A stretch of DNA of 64,000 nt from Emiliania huxleyi CCMP1516 (lineage: Eukaryota). A model generated the notes under the pieces. The model was not told where the DNA came from, did no database searches, and was given only the letters and a program-made list of their open reading frames with translations. Shown piece by piece: positions 39,215 to 54,179 of this stretch (the stretch's first letter is position 1; every line of letters starts with the position of its first letter). The position numbers and the translations under genes are program-made. The DNA lies in assembly GCF_000372725.1 (NCBI RefSeq), contig NW_005201259.1, positions 221,015 through 285,014 on the forward strand, read 5' to 3'.

Positions 39215-39875
39215 GAAAGAACGCTCGCCCGCTCGCGCCAGACCTTCTACCTCCTCGTGATCCGCCCGCCGCCACCCTCGCCTCGCCCTCCCGCCACCTA
39301 GCCTCTCGCTCGCTCCTATCCGTGCCACGCCTATCCGTGATCCTGCCGTTACCGCGCCGTCCTTGCTCCTCCCTGCCGTGCCGCTCCTTCCTCCGTGCCG
39401 CGCCGCCCTTGCCGTTTAGCCCGCCGCCCCCCCTGCCGTCCGTTACCGCCGTGCCGCCGTACCGCCGCTACTACAGTGCCACGCCCCGTGCCGTTTGTCC
39501 CGCCGTCCGATGCCCTGCCTGCCGTCTGTTGCCGCCGCGCCGCCTTACCGCCGACCCTTGCCGTGCCGCGCCGCCTTTACACACACACCCATACTTCCTG
39601 CTTCGACGGGGGTTAGTGTTGAGGAGTGACCCGTGCCGCCGTGTGCCCCGCAGCGGCCTCGCTGGGCCAGAAAGTCGGCCCCGAGTGCCAGCAGCAGCCT
39701 CGTTGAGCCAGAACGTCGGCTCGCGAGGTGGGTGCTAGTATGAGCCCGCTGAGGCGTAGTGCTCTTGCAGAGGCGGTTAGTGGTGCACTAACCCCGAGAA
39801 ACCCTTCGGGTCACTCCTCATCGCAAACCCTGTCAGCAGTCCTCCTCCGGGAATGTACGTAAGAGCCACATACAT
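39215..39875 (-). repeat. Inverted copy of the ~0.7 kb repeat, filling the divergent kringle/GLDH intergenic region
   Basis: Reverse complement of ~23190-23860; the minus strand begins TGTATGTGGCTCTTACGTACATTCC. Confidence 0.85.
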
Positions 39876-39945
39876 TGAAGAAGAGGAAACGCGAAAAACC
39901 AAGAAAAGGAGTTTTTCTTGGTGAATTCTCTAGGCACAGGCGAGA

Positions 39946-42233
39946 ATGCTAGCACGGACACGCATCGCCGTCGCGAGCGGCACGGCGGCGCTCCTGTCGC
40001 GCCACCGCTCCGTCGCCGAGCTCCTCTCGGGTGGCGAGGCACTCGGTGGCTCCGCTGACGAGGAGATCTCCAACTGGTCGGCGACGCACTCGGCGATGCC
40101 GTCGCTCTACTTTGAGCCGGACTCGACGGATGCAGTCGGGCAGGTCATCGCCTTCATGCACGCGGCGGGGCAGAAGCTTCGCGTCGTCGGCTCGGCGCTC
40201 TCTCCCAACGGGATTGGCTTGTCAGACGGTGCGATGATCAACATGGCCCAGTGCTCCAAGATCCTCTCTGTCGACCCCGAGCGGCGGCAGGTGACGGTGC
40301 AGGCGGGTGCGCGCGTCAGCGAGGTGGTGGAGGCGCTCCGCCCTCACGGCCTGACGCTGCAAAACTACGCCTCCATCGCCGAGCAGCAGATCGGCGGCTT
40401 TGTCCAGGTCGGAGCACACGGCACGGGCGCCGCGATCCCTCCGGTGGACGAGCAGGTGGTGAGCATGCGACTGATCACGCCCGCGCTGGGCGAGATCTGC
40501 CTCTCCGAGGCAGACAACCCGCGCCTCTTCCGCCTGGCCAGGGTGGGGCTCGGCGCGCTCGGCGTCGTCTCCGAGGCGCTCCTCCCACTCCCTCGCACTC
40601 TCCCTCGCTCTTCCTACGGCCCTGCGCTCAACGCCCGCTCGCTTTGGCAAGGTGACTCTGCAGTGCGTGCCGGCGCACAAGCTCGTGCAGCGCGTCAGCG
40701 TCGAGACTCGCGCGGGGATCGCGGAGAGGTGCACTAGATGCTGCGGAGGGCAGGATGCTGCGGGAGGGCAGGCCCGTGCAGCCCGACTCGCGCTCGACGA
40801 GACACGGGCTCGGCCGTGCTCGCCGCTGTATTCCAGCGCGTATCCGAGTGTAGTCGCAGCCCTTGCCTGCGCGCGATGGTCGGAGCCCCACCGCACGACG
40901 CCGTGCTCCCGCCCTCAGCTCGAGGAGCTCTCTCTGCAGGCGAGGCATGCAGAGCTGCTCCAGCACCAGCACATGCGGTACATGTGGATCCCGCACACGG
41001 ACACGGTCGTCGTCGTCACCTGCGACCCGCTCGGGGAGGGCGACGGCGGCGGCGCGCCACCCCCTCCCGTCGACGAGGCGTGGGCGACCGAGCCGCTGCG
41101 CGAGCTGCTGCTGCAGCGCGCGCCGGAGCAGGCGACGGGCGCACCCACCCCTCCCCTCCCTCGCGCCTCGGCTCCACCTCGGCTCCGCCCGGCCCACATG
41201 CCTCTCTGTGTGCTCCCAGAAGGCCGGCGCGTCGGGGATGAACTTTGCGCAGCTGCGCGACGCATTGCTCGAGCTCGCGCCGCTCGACAAGTCGCACGTC
41301 GCGGATGTGAACCGCGCCGAGGCTGCCTTTTGGAAGCGCTCGCAGGGGGCGCGATTCCCCCGAAGCCAAGCCCCCGCGCCCCCCCACCGCCTCCCCCGCC
41401 ATGCCGGGCCGGCTCCTCCGCTCGCAATGCGCTCGAGACGCGCCGGCCCCTTCTCGCAGGCGCGTGTCGACTGGTCCGACCGGATTCTCGGCTTTGAGTG
41501 CGGAGGGCAGCAGTGGGTGTCCGAGGTGGCGCTGCCGTGCGGCGCGGTCGGCGCCTCGGACGGGCGCGTGGCCTGCGGGAGCGAGCGGGCCGTGTGAGGG
41601 CGCCGAGAGAGGCAGCCGACGCTCCGCCGAGAGCTGTAGGCGCGACTTGCAGTACATGACCGACTTGCTCGCCCTCATCGAGGCTTCGGACATCCCAGCG
41701 CCGTCGCCGATCGAGCAGCGCTGGTCGCGCCGCTCTGCGTCGCCGATGAGCCCCGCCCACTCGGCGGGCGAGGACGACCTCCACTCGTGGGTGCGCGCTT
41801 CTCTCGTACGCTTGCGGGCGCGTCCCCCTATCATGCCACGCCCACGCCATGCACGCGCCTTGCCGCAGGTGGGCATCATCATGTACCTCCCTATCGACCG
41901 GCCGGAGGCGCGGCAGGCAATCACCGACGCCTTCTGGGACTACAACGCGGTCTGCCGCCGCCAGCTGTGGCCCAAGTACGACGCGCACCAGCATTGGGCC
42001 AAAATCGAGCCGCCAGCGGACGCCGCCGAGCGCGCGGCCGTGCGGCGCCGGCTGCGCGACCGTTTCCCGGTGGGCGAGTTGGTGGGCGGGGCCCCATCGC
42101 GGACCTGCCCCCGTGACCGCCCACGACTCGTCTCGCGCAGGTGGACGAGTTCAACGCGGCGCGCAGGGAGCTTGACCCGAAGAATATTCTCAGCAACCGG
42201 CTGCTCGATGCGCTGCTCGAGGCGGACCCGTGA
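39946..42233 (+). CDS. GLDH: L-galactono-1,4-lactone dehydrogenase (ascorbate synthesis), multi-exon
   Basis: NWSATH, LRVVGSALSPNGIG, QNYASIAEQQIGGFVQVGAHGTGA, HMRYMWIPHTDTVVVV, ILGFECGGQQWVSEV, IPAPSPIEQRW, HSW|VGIIMYLP, HWAKIE, RRELDPKNILSN. Confidence 0.93.
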
Positions 42234-44501
42234 CAACATCGAGTCTCGGACGTCTCGCGGCGACACGCGGGCGTGTGCGGTGTGGAGAAGGGCACATTAT
42301 AATGGATACAGCTTTCTACAAAAGACATCGCAAACCCCGTCAGCAGTGGAATGTACGTAAGAGCTACATACACTTAGGGCCTAGAGAACACAACGCCCCT
42401 CTCCCGGTCTCTCCCAGTAAGCTAAAAGTACCAGTGCACTGAAAGAAGCTGAAGATAGAAGTGTCCGCTCTCCCTTCTCGACTGTCTGTGCTTGTGCGTC
42501 TTGGGTCGTCCGGAGTCGTGTTTTTCTCTGAAAGAAGGTGTTTATCTGAAAGAAGGTTCACCCTCATGCCCCCCGAGGCTGTCTGCTCTAGCCGCAGCCA
42601 CTCCCAGCTGCTCGGTGTGAACAGAGTTCGTACACCGAGCAGCAGGGAGCAACTCGAGATCCCTCGAGAGTTGTGAGTTCACGCGGAGTCGGCTGGGGCT
42701 ATACCAGACAGCCCCCGAGGGGTCCCGAACCAGTTTGTCGACAAACTTATGCCAGAGCTCCTGCTGCTCGACTGAGCGGCGGAGCCGGCCCCTCGCGGCC
42801 GAGGTGTGATGCGCCAGCACCGGGGCAACAACGCGGGACCGTTTCCGGGCCGTCTCGAGCAACCTCAAATTTTGATGGTTTCATGACCTCGCCACTTTGC
42901 GGCTCTTTGACATCCACCTCGCGGCCCGCTGCGCGGCTCCTCGAGCGCGAGAGGAGTCGTCTGCGAGGCGGCGGGAGCGCAGGCGGCGCAGGCGGCGGCG
43001 GCGCGGCGGCGCGGCGGCGGATCGCGGCGCTGACAACGGCAGCAATCTGCGGCAGGCTGCTGCTTGCTGCTGCAGCAGCTGCTGCTGCTGCTGCTGCTCC
43101 GCTGCTGCTGATTGTGGACACGATTCCCCCGATCACCCCGCCCGCCCGCTCCGCCCCGCCCACCCGCCGCTCCCCGCTTGCCCGCCCGCCCGCCCGCCCG
43201 CCCGCCTGACCGACCGACCACCCATTCCCATCACCATCTCACATACCTTCATATAGGCGCTCGAGACCTCCTCTCGCTGCCTACTTGCTGCCTCGAGGGA
43301 GGGGGGGTAGAGAGCGGGCGTGCTTGCGCGCCTTCGCCGCGAGGCCCCTCCCCGAAAGGCAAGTATTAGCCACATGAAACCGAGACCCCCCCCCACCACC
43401 CCAACCCCCCCCACCCCCTTGCTCCCCTCCCCCCCTCGGGAGGGCCGAACTGAGGCGCCCGTGGGGACCCCGCAATTCCCTTCCCCCCTCGGAGGGGGCC
43501 GGACGAGGCGTACCGAACCCCGAGGGCCCCACTCTTTCCTTCGCATAGCGGCCACTCTTCGGATCGCTGGTCGAGCGACCCGGGGGATGGGCCATGCCCC
43601 GCGCGCCTGACCCAGGCGCGAAAACGAATCTGCGAGGCGTGGCCGCTCATGCGGCCCGATGGGGAGGAGCGGGGCGGACTACGGGGATCGGCTTCTTACA
43701 CAGCCCTTCCCTGCAGCGAGCCCCCTCCAACCCACCCGCGCTAGGTCTCGGGGGACGCAGGGGTCAGCCCCGCGCGACCTCGGGAACTAGCCGGGGCAGT
43801 CGGAGAAGGGGCACCTCCGTGCACTGACGGTCGGCCGTCAGAAAACACGCCTCCGTGGCTCGGGTTACACCAATCCTCGCTACCCAACGCGGCCAAAGGA
43901 TATCCACCTCGAGAACCTCGAGAGAGAGGGGTCCCGTCCTAAATAAATAAATAAAAACGGACACCTCTCTACTGTGAGATGGGTAAAAAGGAACAGGCCC
44001 CCGCCCTTGCGATCTTTGTGCAGGGTTCTTTGTGGGTGTGGTCGGCGACTAGCCGGGGTCGTCCTCCCGATGGGGGACTAACTAGCACTAGCCGTCTTCC
44101 ACATGGTCCCTCGGGTCCCTGCTGCTCCTAATCTCGTCGTACATCCTCCTGCTGATCTCCGCAAAGTCCTTGTGTGTTGTGAGAGATAAGTTATCATGAT
44201 AAGGCGATTCACAGTGCCTTGCCTCCCCACACTTGTCTGTGTGAGTGTGATAATTGGGGAGACGGTGTGAACGGCGTCTGATCTAAAGCCGTATGATCAG
44301 CGTCTTCCTATAGTTCACACAGCAACTTTTGGTTTTGCTTCCCTGGTCGTACCCGCTCGCGCGCGCGTGTGGGCGAGGCATGCGCCATGTGCTCGAGAGC
44401 GGCCGAATCACTATATAAGGCACACCTTTATGATGGAACAATGCTAGTAAGGTACACTTGCAGGGAGAATCGGTTTACAAGAAGAGGGCCCTGGTAGCTA
44501 A

Positions 44502-46388
44502 CTAGCAGTCAAAGACAGTCTTATTTAAGATACCAGCACGCTCTTCCGTTTGTCGCACATGCCCCCTCCGCGCTGCCGGTGCCGCGCAGCGCCCGCTCAA
44601 AGAGCTCGAGATAGCCCGCCTACTCCCCAGAAGAAGCCGCCCGTGAAACCCCTCGCTGCTCCACGAGCCCAGGGAGAGGGGAGGCGTGTGTGGATCCTGC
44701 ACGGCCCACACAAGCAGGTGCCACACGCTGTGGCTGTGCAGCGGCGAGCGGTCAAACGCGGACGACGCGGAAAACAGGCTCTCGGGCCAGTGTCGCAGCT
44801 TGAGCAGAAGCGCGGCCGGCAACACCGCGGCGGAGAAGAGGGCGGGGGCGTGGCCCTGCGCCGCCGCGGCGACAGTGAGGGCGTACACGGGCAAGATCGC
44901 GGCGGCGGAGAAGACGAGCCGCGGCGGGCTGCCGGTGCAAGCCTGTGCGCGGCCACTGCACGTGTGAGACGAGACGCCGTTCACAGGCTGCGAGGCCGGT
45001 GGCGCGCCTGCACTAGTCCCCCGAGTCTACTTCCATTCGGCGCATATCGGCGCATCTCGGCGCATCTCGGCTGCTCTCGGCGCATCTCGGCTCTCGTAGA
45101 GTCTCAAAGAACTCAGCGCATCTCGGCGCATCTCGGCGCGCATCTCGCCGTGATGAAGTCCTCGGGCTCGTAGCCGGGCGCGTCTGCGATCGAGCCCGGC
45201 AGCATGAGCCGCACCTGGCAGAGGGGAGGCGTGATCAGCCGAGATCATCCGAGATCAGCGAAGCTCTATCTCGGCTGCGAGGTCTCGGCTGGATCTCGGC
45301 TGCGTCTCGGCTGTCTCTCGGCGGTCTCTCGGCTGCGTCAGAGCTGCATCTCACCGCGCCGCCGAGCAGCAGCGCGCTCGATGCCGCTAGTATGGCGGCC
45401 CACGGGTGCCAGAAGGCGTCGAGGCCGAGAGAGGGCGCCTGCTCGACAGCTGAGCGCGTGAAGGGGCGCGGCGCACAGCCGTGCAGCCAGGTTGAGGGAG
45501 AGATTTCGAGGCCCTCCTCTTTGCTCGCTCCTCTTGGTATCAGCCCTCGCCCCTCGTGTCTCTGCGCGCTTCACTGTCTGTCTCAGTGAGCACGAGTCCC
45601 TCCCCCCGCCCCCCCCCCACACACAGAGTCCTTGTGTGTGGTTTTGACGCCACGTCCCTTGTCGCTGTCGCTTGGGCGTGGGTAGGGGTCCGATCTTGGA
45701 GTTACGGCTGCCGACTACTATTCATATTTAGGGGAGAGGGCGCGCCGCGATGAAGGCCATGACGGGGCCGTTCCACAGGAAGTTGATGAGCACGCCCGCG
45801 TAGTCCACGTGCCACACCTGAGAGAGTGTGGGGGGGCGGTGGAGCGCCCACTGTGCTACGAGGTCCTAGTGTGGATCTGCGGCGGTTGTCCACACCCCTA
45901 CTCGGCCTAGTGTGAACCCTGGCACTGCAAGCGGTGGCAATCTCCGTCTCGAGGGCAGGCCAGAAGGGATGGGAGTGCTTTTCGTCGTGCTTCACCGTGC
46001 GGGAGGCACGCGGCGAGCAGCACGTAAACGTGTGAGAGAAGAGCGACGTGGCATGCTGGAGGACGGTCGCAAAGATGCACATCCGGACAGCCTCCGAGAG
46101 AGCTGGCGCCGCGCCGCCGCCGCCCCTGTCAAGACCGCTGCCGCCGTCGGCAGTGGTGGCAAGCCGTAAAGCTTCGGCAGAGAAGTAGACGAGTGGGACT
46201 ATGTCGGTGGCGAGGTTGAAGAACTCGTTGTGACTTGGGTCGAGCGCCGACGCGGCCGCCTGGCCGACTGAGAAGTTGACTCTGAAATGAGACGACTTTG
46301 AGAGGTCAAGGTTGTACCCGGGCGGGATCTCAGAGAGGTGGACGATGTTTGGCCTGAGCGCAGGCTTGAGCGACGCTGGCTTGCACAT
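44502..46388 (-). CDS. PAQR / haemolysin-III family membrane protein, multi-exon; 3' end uncertain
   Basis: HNEFFNLATD, SLFSHTFTCCS, WHVDYAGVLINF, WPESLF...FD...LHSHSVWHLLV are the three PAQR motifs. Confidence 0.8.
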
Positions 46389-47109
46389 CGGCGTTGGCTC
46401 GACCGATCGACGCTGGTTGCACCTTGGCCCGACCCGATTCTCCGAAAATAAAGGCGCTCTCAAAAGCACAACACTGTGCGAAAAAAGAAACAACCGCACT
46501 GGCTCCTCATTCTCGGATCACCTACCTGCGGCGTTGGCGGAGGCGGCTGCAGCAGCACGCAGCAAACAAATGGGCGGCGGCGCGCGGGCGGCGGCGGCGG
46601 CGCGGCGGCGCTGCTCCTTCTGTTGCTGCTGATGATGCTTTTTTCTTTTGCGAGGCGACGGACGGCGGGGGGCGGGCGGGCGCTAACCACGGGCAACTAC
46701 GTGCCGGAGGTTCAACGACGACTACTCGCGCCGCCTGGGTCGTTCGGGGCGCGCGGCTCCGTCGAGGACCGGGCGCGCCCCATACCCGGCGCGGCGTAGG
46801 TCCCACTCTGACGCAAAGGAGGGGGGAGGCACACGGACGATAGCCCGATCCATCAACTACATTCATCTTCTGGTGCTTAGCGCCGTGCGGCGGCGGTCCG
46901 GCAGGCAGGCTGCCCCCAAGGCCCCCTGGGCCGCTGCGGGTTTAAGAGTTATTTATGCTTAGGCACAGCTTCGGCGATGGCAGCCCCTCTCTGGGGTGTT
47001 GCATAGGCGGAGTCTCACTGGTCGGGATTTTAGCCCCTTCCGCCCCCTTAAGATCCAGTGCTCAAGTGCTCAAGCCGGAAGCTCCGAGAAGTTGCTTTCC
47101 CCGCGTGTC

Positions 47110-48180
47110 AGTCTCGAGGTAGTCGATGCCAGGGCGTTGGCTGTACCCGCAGGCGACCCAGCGCGCCTTGAAGCGGTCGACGGAGCCGTCGTCCTTGTAG
47201 AAGACACGGAAGACTCACTGCGGCACGCTGCGGATCGAGACGCTCTTCATCTTCCTCGCCGACTGCAAGCCAACGACGACGAGCTCGAGCGCTGGGACGT
47301 CGTCAAGGCGTTCACCTCCACCACCAAGCTCGATGTCGAGATGTACGTTGAGCAGCCCCACGGCTTCGTCGACCCAAAGTTCAAGGCGTGCCGTCTGCTC
47401 AAGGGCCTCGAGGGGACCAAGCAAGGTGGCGCCATCTTTCAGAAGGAGAACACCGCCGTCCTCAAGGCGTGCGGGTTCGAGCAGTGCGCCGCCGACCCAA
47501 ACCTCTTCCGCATCATCTTTGATGACGGAGGCTACATCATCGCCGTCGTCTACGTCGACGACATCTTCGTCCGCTACCAGAGCCCGACCAAGGGACGAGT
47601 CGACACCATCCACATTCGCGCGCTACTGCCGCTCCTTCAAGGCCACCCGCGTCTCCGAGCCGAGGCGCATGGTTGGCTTCGACATTGCTCGCGATCGACC
47701 CGCCCGCAAGCTGCGAGTCTTCCAGACCAACTACGTCTGCGAGCTGTACAAGAAGTACCTCAGCTCGCAGTGCTCCAAAGACTTCACCACGCCTGTCCAG
47801 TCGTCTCGCTGCCCCGAGTTCATGGCCATGACAGGGGCGACCTGCGAGGAGGACGACCGCGCCGTCGCTGACAAGCCCTCCCTCCCGCTCATGGGCGGGC
47901 TGAACCGGATCGGCGGGACGCGCCCCGACATCAAGTTCTACAACGCGCGTCTCTGCTGCTTCATGCACCGACCAAAGATCGAGAACTACGAGGCCGCTCT
48001 CGCCGTCCTCAGCTACCTCTACACGACGCGCGACCTTGGCCTCGAGTTCAGCGCCTCCTCCAATCTCGACGGGGTTGTCTACTGCGACTCGTCGTACAAC
48101 CAGATTCCCGACACCTTTTACGGCCACGGCGTCTGGTATGGGGGAGCGCCCGTCGCGAGCTGCTCTCGCGTTCTACGGCT
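47110..48180 (+). mobile_element. Ty1/copia LTR retrotransposon RT-RNase H remnant (frameshifted, 5' part inverted)
   Basis: WDVVKAF...MYVEQPHGF...LLKGLEGTKQG...DPNLF...VYVDDI; TRPDI; VYCDSSY; minus strand 47217-47110 reads [35 protein letters not shown]. Confidence 0.92.
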
Positions 48181-48348
48181 CCGCAGAGCTCCTACGAAAG
48201 CGGGTCCTTCGCCTACGCTGGCGCAAGCATGTCCCTTTTCGGTTTTGCCAGCAGGTCGCTGTCTTTGGCGGATGTGAGGTTGAGGTGTTCACAGTCCTCC
48301 GCTGCCGGCGAGGCGGTCCGCCGCGCTCCACAACCCTTGGCTTTGGAC

Positions 48349-48918
48349 ATGGCATCCAAGCCTCGCTTCACCGGCCTCTGGGCGCCGACGAGCGCTCCGG
48401 TGGGCGCCGCGGGGACGAAGCCGAGCGTGAACGCGTCGGCGCTCGGCCGTGTGATGCGGCACGTCGCTGCGCACAACAAAGTCGTGGAGTGCGAGGAGCT
48501 GTGGGACGCCCACCGGCGGCAGCAGCAGCAGGAGTCAGCGCACCCCGCAGCGACAGATCCGCGCGCGCGGCCGCCGCGCGGCCAGGATGGGGCGCGCAAA
48601 CGGCCGCGCGACGAGCCGCCGGGAGCGACGCCTGCAGGGAGCACCGCCGCCGACGCGGCCCAGCGGGAGCTGCGCGAGGAGCGGGAGCGAGCAGCGCAGA
48701 GGAAGCTGCAGCTGCTCGCGGCGCGGGAGCAGCAAGCGGAGCCGGGCGCGGGCGACGAGCGCGGGGAGGACGACCGGCGGAGGCAGCGCAAGGCGGAACG
48801 CAAGGCCAGGAAGGCGGCAAAAAAGGCGAGAAGGGCGGCCAAGAAGGAGCGCAAAGCCAAGCGGAGGGAGCGCAGGAGTAGTAGCAGCAGTAGCAGTGGG
48901 AGCGACGGCGAAGGCTGA
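48349..48918 (+). CDS. NKAPD1-like small protein with basic/Ser-rich tail
   Basis: ALGRVMRHVAAHNKVVECEELW resembles the NKAPD1/C11orf57 N-terminal motif; K/R-rich and poly-S C-terminus. Confidence 0.55.
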   Translation: MASKPRFTGLWAPTSAPVGAAGTKPSVNASALGRVMRHVAAHNKVVECEELWDAHRRQQQQESAHPAATDPRARPPRGQDGARKRPRDEPPGATPAGSTAADAAQRELREERERAAQRKLQLLAAREQQAEPGAGDERGEDDRRRQRKAERKARKAAKKARRAAKKERKAKRRERRSSSSSSSGSDGEG

Positions 48919-49123
48919 CTGTGTCACCCTGTGTCAATGCCCAATGCGACCGTACAATCTCCATCGACCGTGCTCAAAACTGCGGCACGGCACACCATTT
49001 CGTGCATTTAATTTGATATTTCCACTGGGTATCCTGTCCTCGATGTAAGATGGCTGGTTTGGGGCTGGAGATTGGCTGCCCCTTTTTAATTTGACTGTAA
49101 GAGAGACGATGTGTCGCCTCGGG

Positions 49124-51814
<2,691 letters not shown>

Positions 51815-52065
51815 TGACAGCCTAGGGCAGCCACGCCCTGGTCCTCGGCCGGGCACAGTTTTTCTTTTGGAGAACAAAAATCACGCCGCAACCGAGCCGG
51901 GAGAAAGGGGAGTGTTGACAGCTTGGGATGCGGATGGCAACAGTCCTCAGTCGAGTACCTCGCACTCCATGTGCGAGAAACAGGGTAAATGTAAGCCGAT
52001 GGCTCACAGGCCACTCTCGCGCGAGCTGACCCTCTACACCGCAGCGACCCATTCTTCTCCAACCA

Positions 52066-52293
52066 GGGTTCCGGCTCCTACCCGGATAGGGGGTCTGTTT
52101 ACCACGGTGACACCCTATGCAACAGGTAGGTAGGTCCGGTTTTGACCGCCCCAGAGGGCCCTGCAACAGGTAGGTACCCCCTCTTTTCGTCTTTTTTCGC
52201 TTCGCTGCGCGGCCTGGGGATAGATAGGTAGGTAGGGCGTTTTGGCGCGAGTCGTGGTAAACAGACCCCCTTTCCGGGTCGGAGCCGGAACCC
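52066..52293. mobile_element. MITE-like element with 41-bp terminal inverted repeats
   Basis: gggttccggctcctacccggatagggggtctgtttaccacg (52066-52106) versus the reverse complement of 52253-52293: 2 mismatches. Confidence 0.8.
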
Positions 52294-52340
52294 AGAGCCC
52301 CTCGGCCGGGAGTAAAAACGTATCCGCCTCTCGACACCCG

Positions 52341-53252
52341 ATGAGAGCCAGGACGCTCAAGGGTATGAGGCCGTTCGACGCCAACCCCGGCGCGTGCATG
52401 TTCGTGCAGCCGTCTGACGATCTCCGCAACTACCGCGAATGTCTCCGCAACAAGCGCGTCTTTGTCGGTGGAAACTCCGTTGCACGACACCTCGCTTTTG
52501 CAATGGCTATGCTGCTCAGCGGCAACAGGCAATGTCTCCCATTGCGAAGCTTCCTAGTCCGCGAGTCGTCCGTGATGCGGAGAAGGCCTTCTGCGGCACA
52601 GGGTCCTTCGGTCGCGAAGACGACGCGGCCGCTTGCGAGTTCATCGTCGGACAAAACACAAACATCACCTTTGGTTGGGAGCAGCGCGTCTACTACACCG
52701 GGCTTTGGCACGGGCTAGCTCAGCTTCAGCCAGACTTGCTGCTGCTGCACGCGGGCTCGGACGACATCTTCGACGCGGATCGACGAGACGGCTGGCACTT
52801 CAGGCAGCGCGAGGGGGCGTTGCTCGCGCACGCGCTGGCCAACTTGTCACGCGGCATCGTGTACTGGAGGACGAGCCCACGCGTGTGCAACTCGACGCTT
52901 GGCCAGACTGCTAGCGTGCTCAACGCAGCGCTCCAGTCCTCCAATCTGCTCCTCCTCTCGCAGCTCTGCGGCCAAGAGACGATCAAGGTCCGCAACCATC
53001 GCCCCCCCTTGCCCCCCCCCCACCCTTGAGAAGTTCACCTTTCCTTACCTTGCCAAGGTCCGCGTGGCGGATTCCTTCTCTTGGACGTTTGGCTGATGCG
53101 ACGAGTATGACGACAGCATGCACCACGCACTGCTCGCACACGATCACGTGCGCTCAGTCCTAAACGACTACTGCGCAGAGACAGCGCCCCGCGTAGCACT
53201 AGCAGCCCCAGCACCCCGCAGCAGCGCGGCGACGGTTTCTCAAGTAGGCTGA
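52341..53252 (+). pseudogene. SGNH/GDSL-like (PC-esterase/O-acetyltransferase-like) gene, apparently disrupted
   Basis: ECLRNKRVFVGGNSVARHL, PDLLLLHAG, IVYWRTSP, YDDSMHH (DxxH); frame change near 52530 and in-frame TGA at 53094-53096. Confidence 0.55.
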
Positions 53253-53569
53253 TAGCAGGCTGGGGAGAGCAAAATTAAATGAAATAAAACGGTCAAACTC
53301 TGAGGCGAGATGGGATTTAGGGACATGTGCCCCCGCCCCCTGCACCATATGCATATCCCGCACTGGACTGAAGGATCGTCGTGGGTCACTGCCGAGGCCC
53401 CTTCCTTATTGTTGTTCAGCCGGCCTAACGTTAGCTACTGTTGTTGGGGAGCCCCACTGTTGTTCTGTTGTTACTGTTAACACTAGCAACACTGTTCAGC
53501 TCCCAACGTTGAACAGCTCTACGTCTTGGGTCGTCAATCCCCGCCTAACGACAACATGCGGCGTACCGG

Positions 53570-54053
53570 CGACGGTGTACATCAGTCGCCTTATGCCACC
53601 GTTGCATACCCGGATATGCAACGGTGGCATAAGGATATGCAACGGTGGCATAAGGCGACTGATACACCGTCGCACAACTATTGGGTCGCGAGTTTCGAAT
53701 TGCCCGCAGTTCCCAGTTCGACTTCTCGGCGCAATCGGGGCGCAAACACCCCCCCAGTGCCAGACGGGGGCCGGTTGTCACTGGTTCGAAACCCACCTTA
53801 GCAATCACCTGCTATCCGCCGGTGCCCAAACGGATGCATCTCCGCACGACCCAGGAATGCAGTTTTGCGACGGTGTATCAGTCGCACCTTTGCTTTTGCC
53901 ACCGTTCTCCGTTGCGCAGGACGCCTCTCTGCGCGGGGGCGTTGGGCGATCCGGGTGTTTTTCAGTCGCCTTAAATGCCACCGTTGCAATATCCCGCGTG
54001 TCGGATTGCGGATATGCAATTGTGGCACATAAGGCGACTGATACACCGTCGCA
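53570..54053. repeat. Two related foldback (palindromic) elements, 53570-53672 and 53866-54053
   Basis: Arms cgacggtgta(ca)tcagtcgccttatgccaccgttgcata / tatgcaacggtggcataaggcgactgatacaccgtcg. Confidence 0.85.
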
Positions 54054-54179
54054 CAACACAGGATATTTCGGAGTTTACCGGGTTGGCATTTGCCGGATTT
54101 TCCGAGGTATCCTTTCGGGTATTACCTGCACTGGACGCTAGAAGAGATCGTCGTACGACTCCGCCTGGCAGCCGCTGCC

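Noticed and set aside
53770..53800. tRNA gene (GGTTCGAAACCC)
   Set aside because: Only a B-box-like loop; T-stem, D-arm and acceptor stem do not pair.
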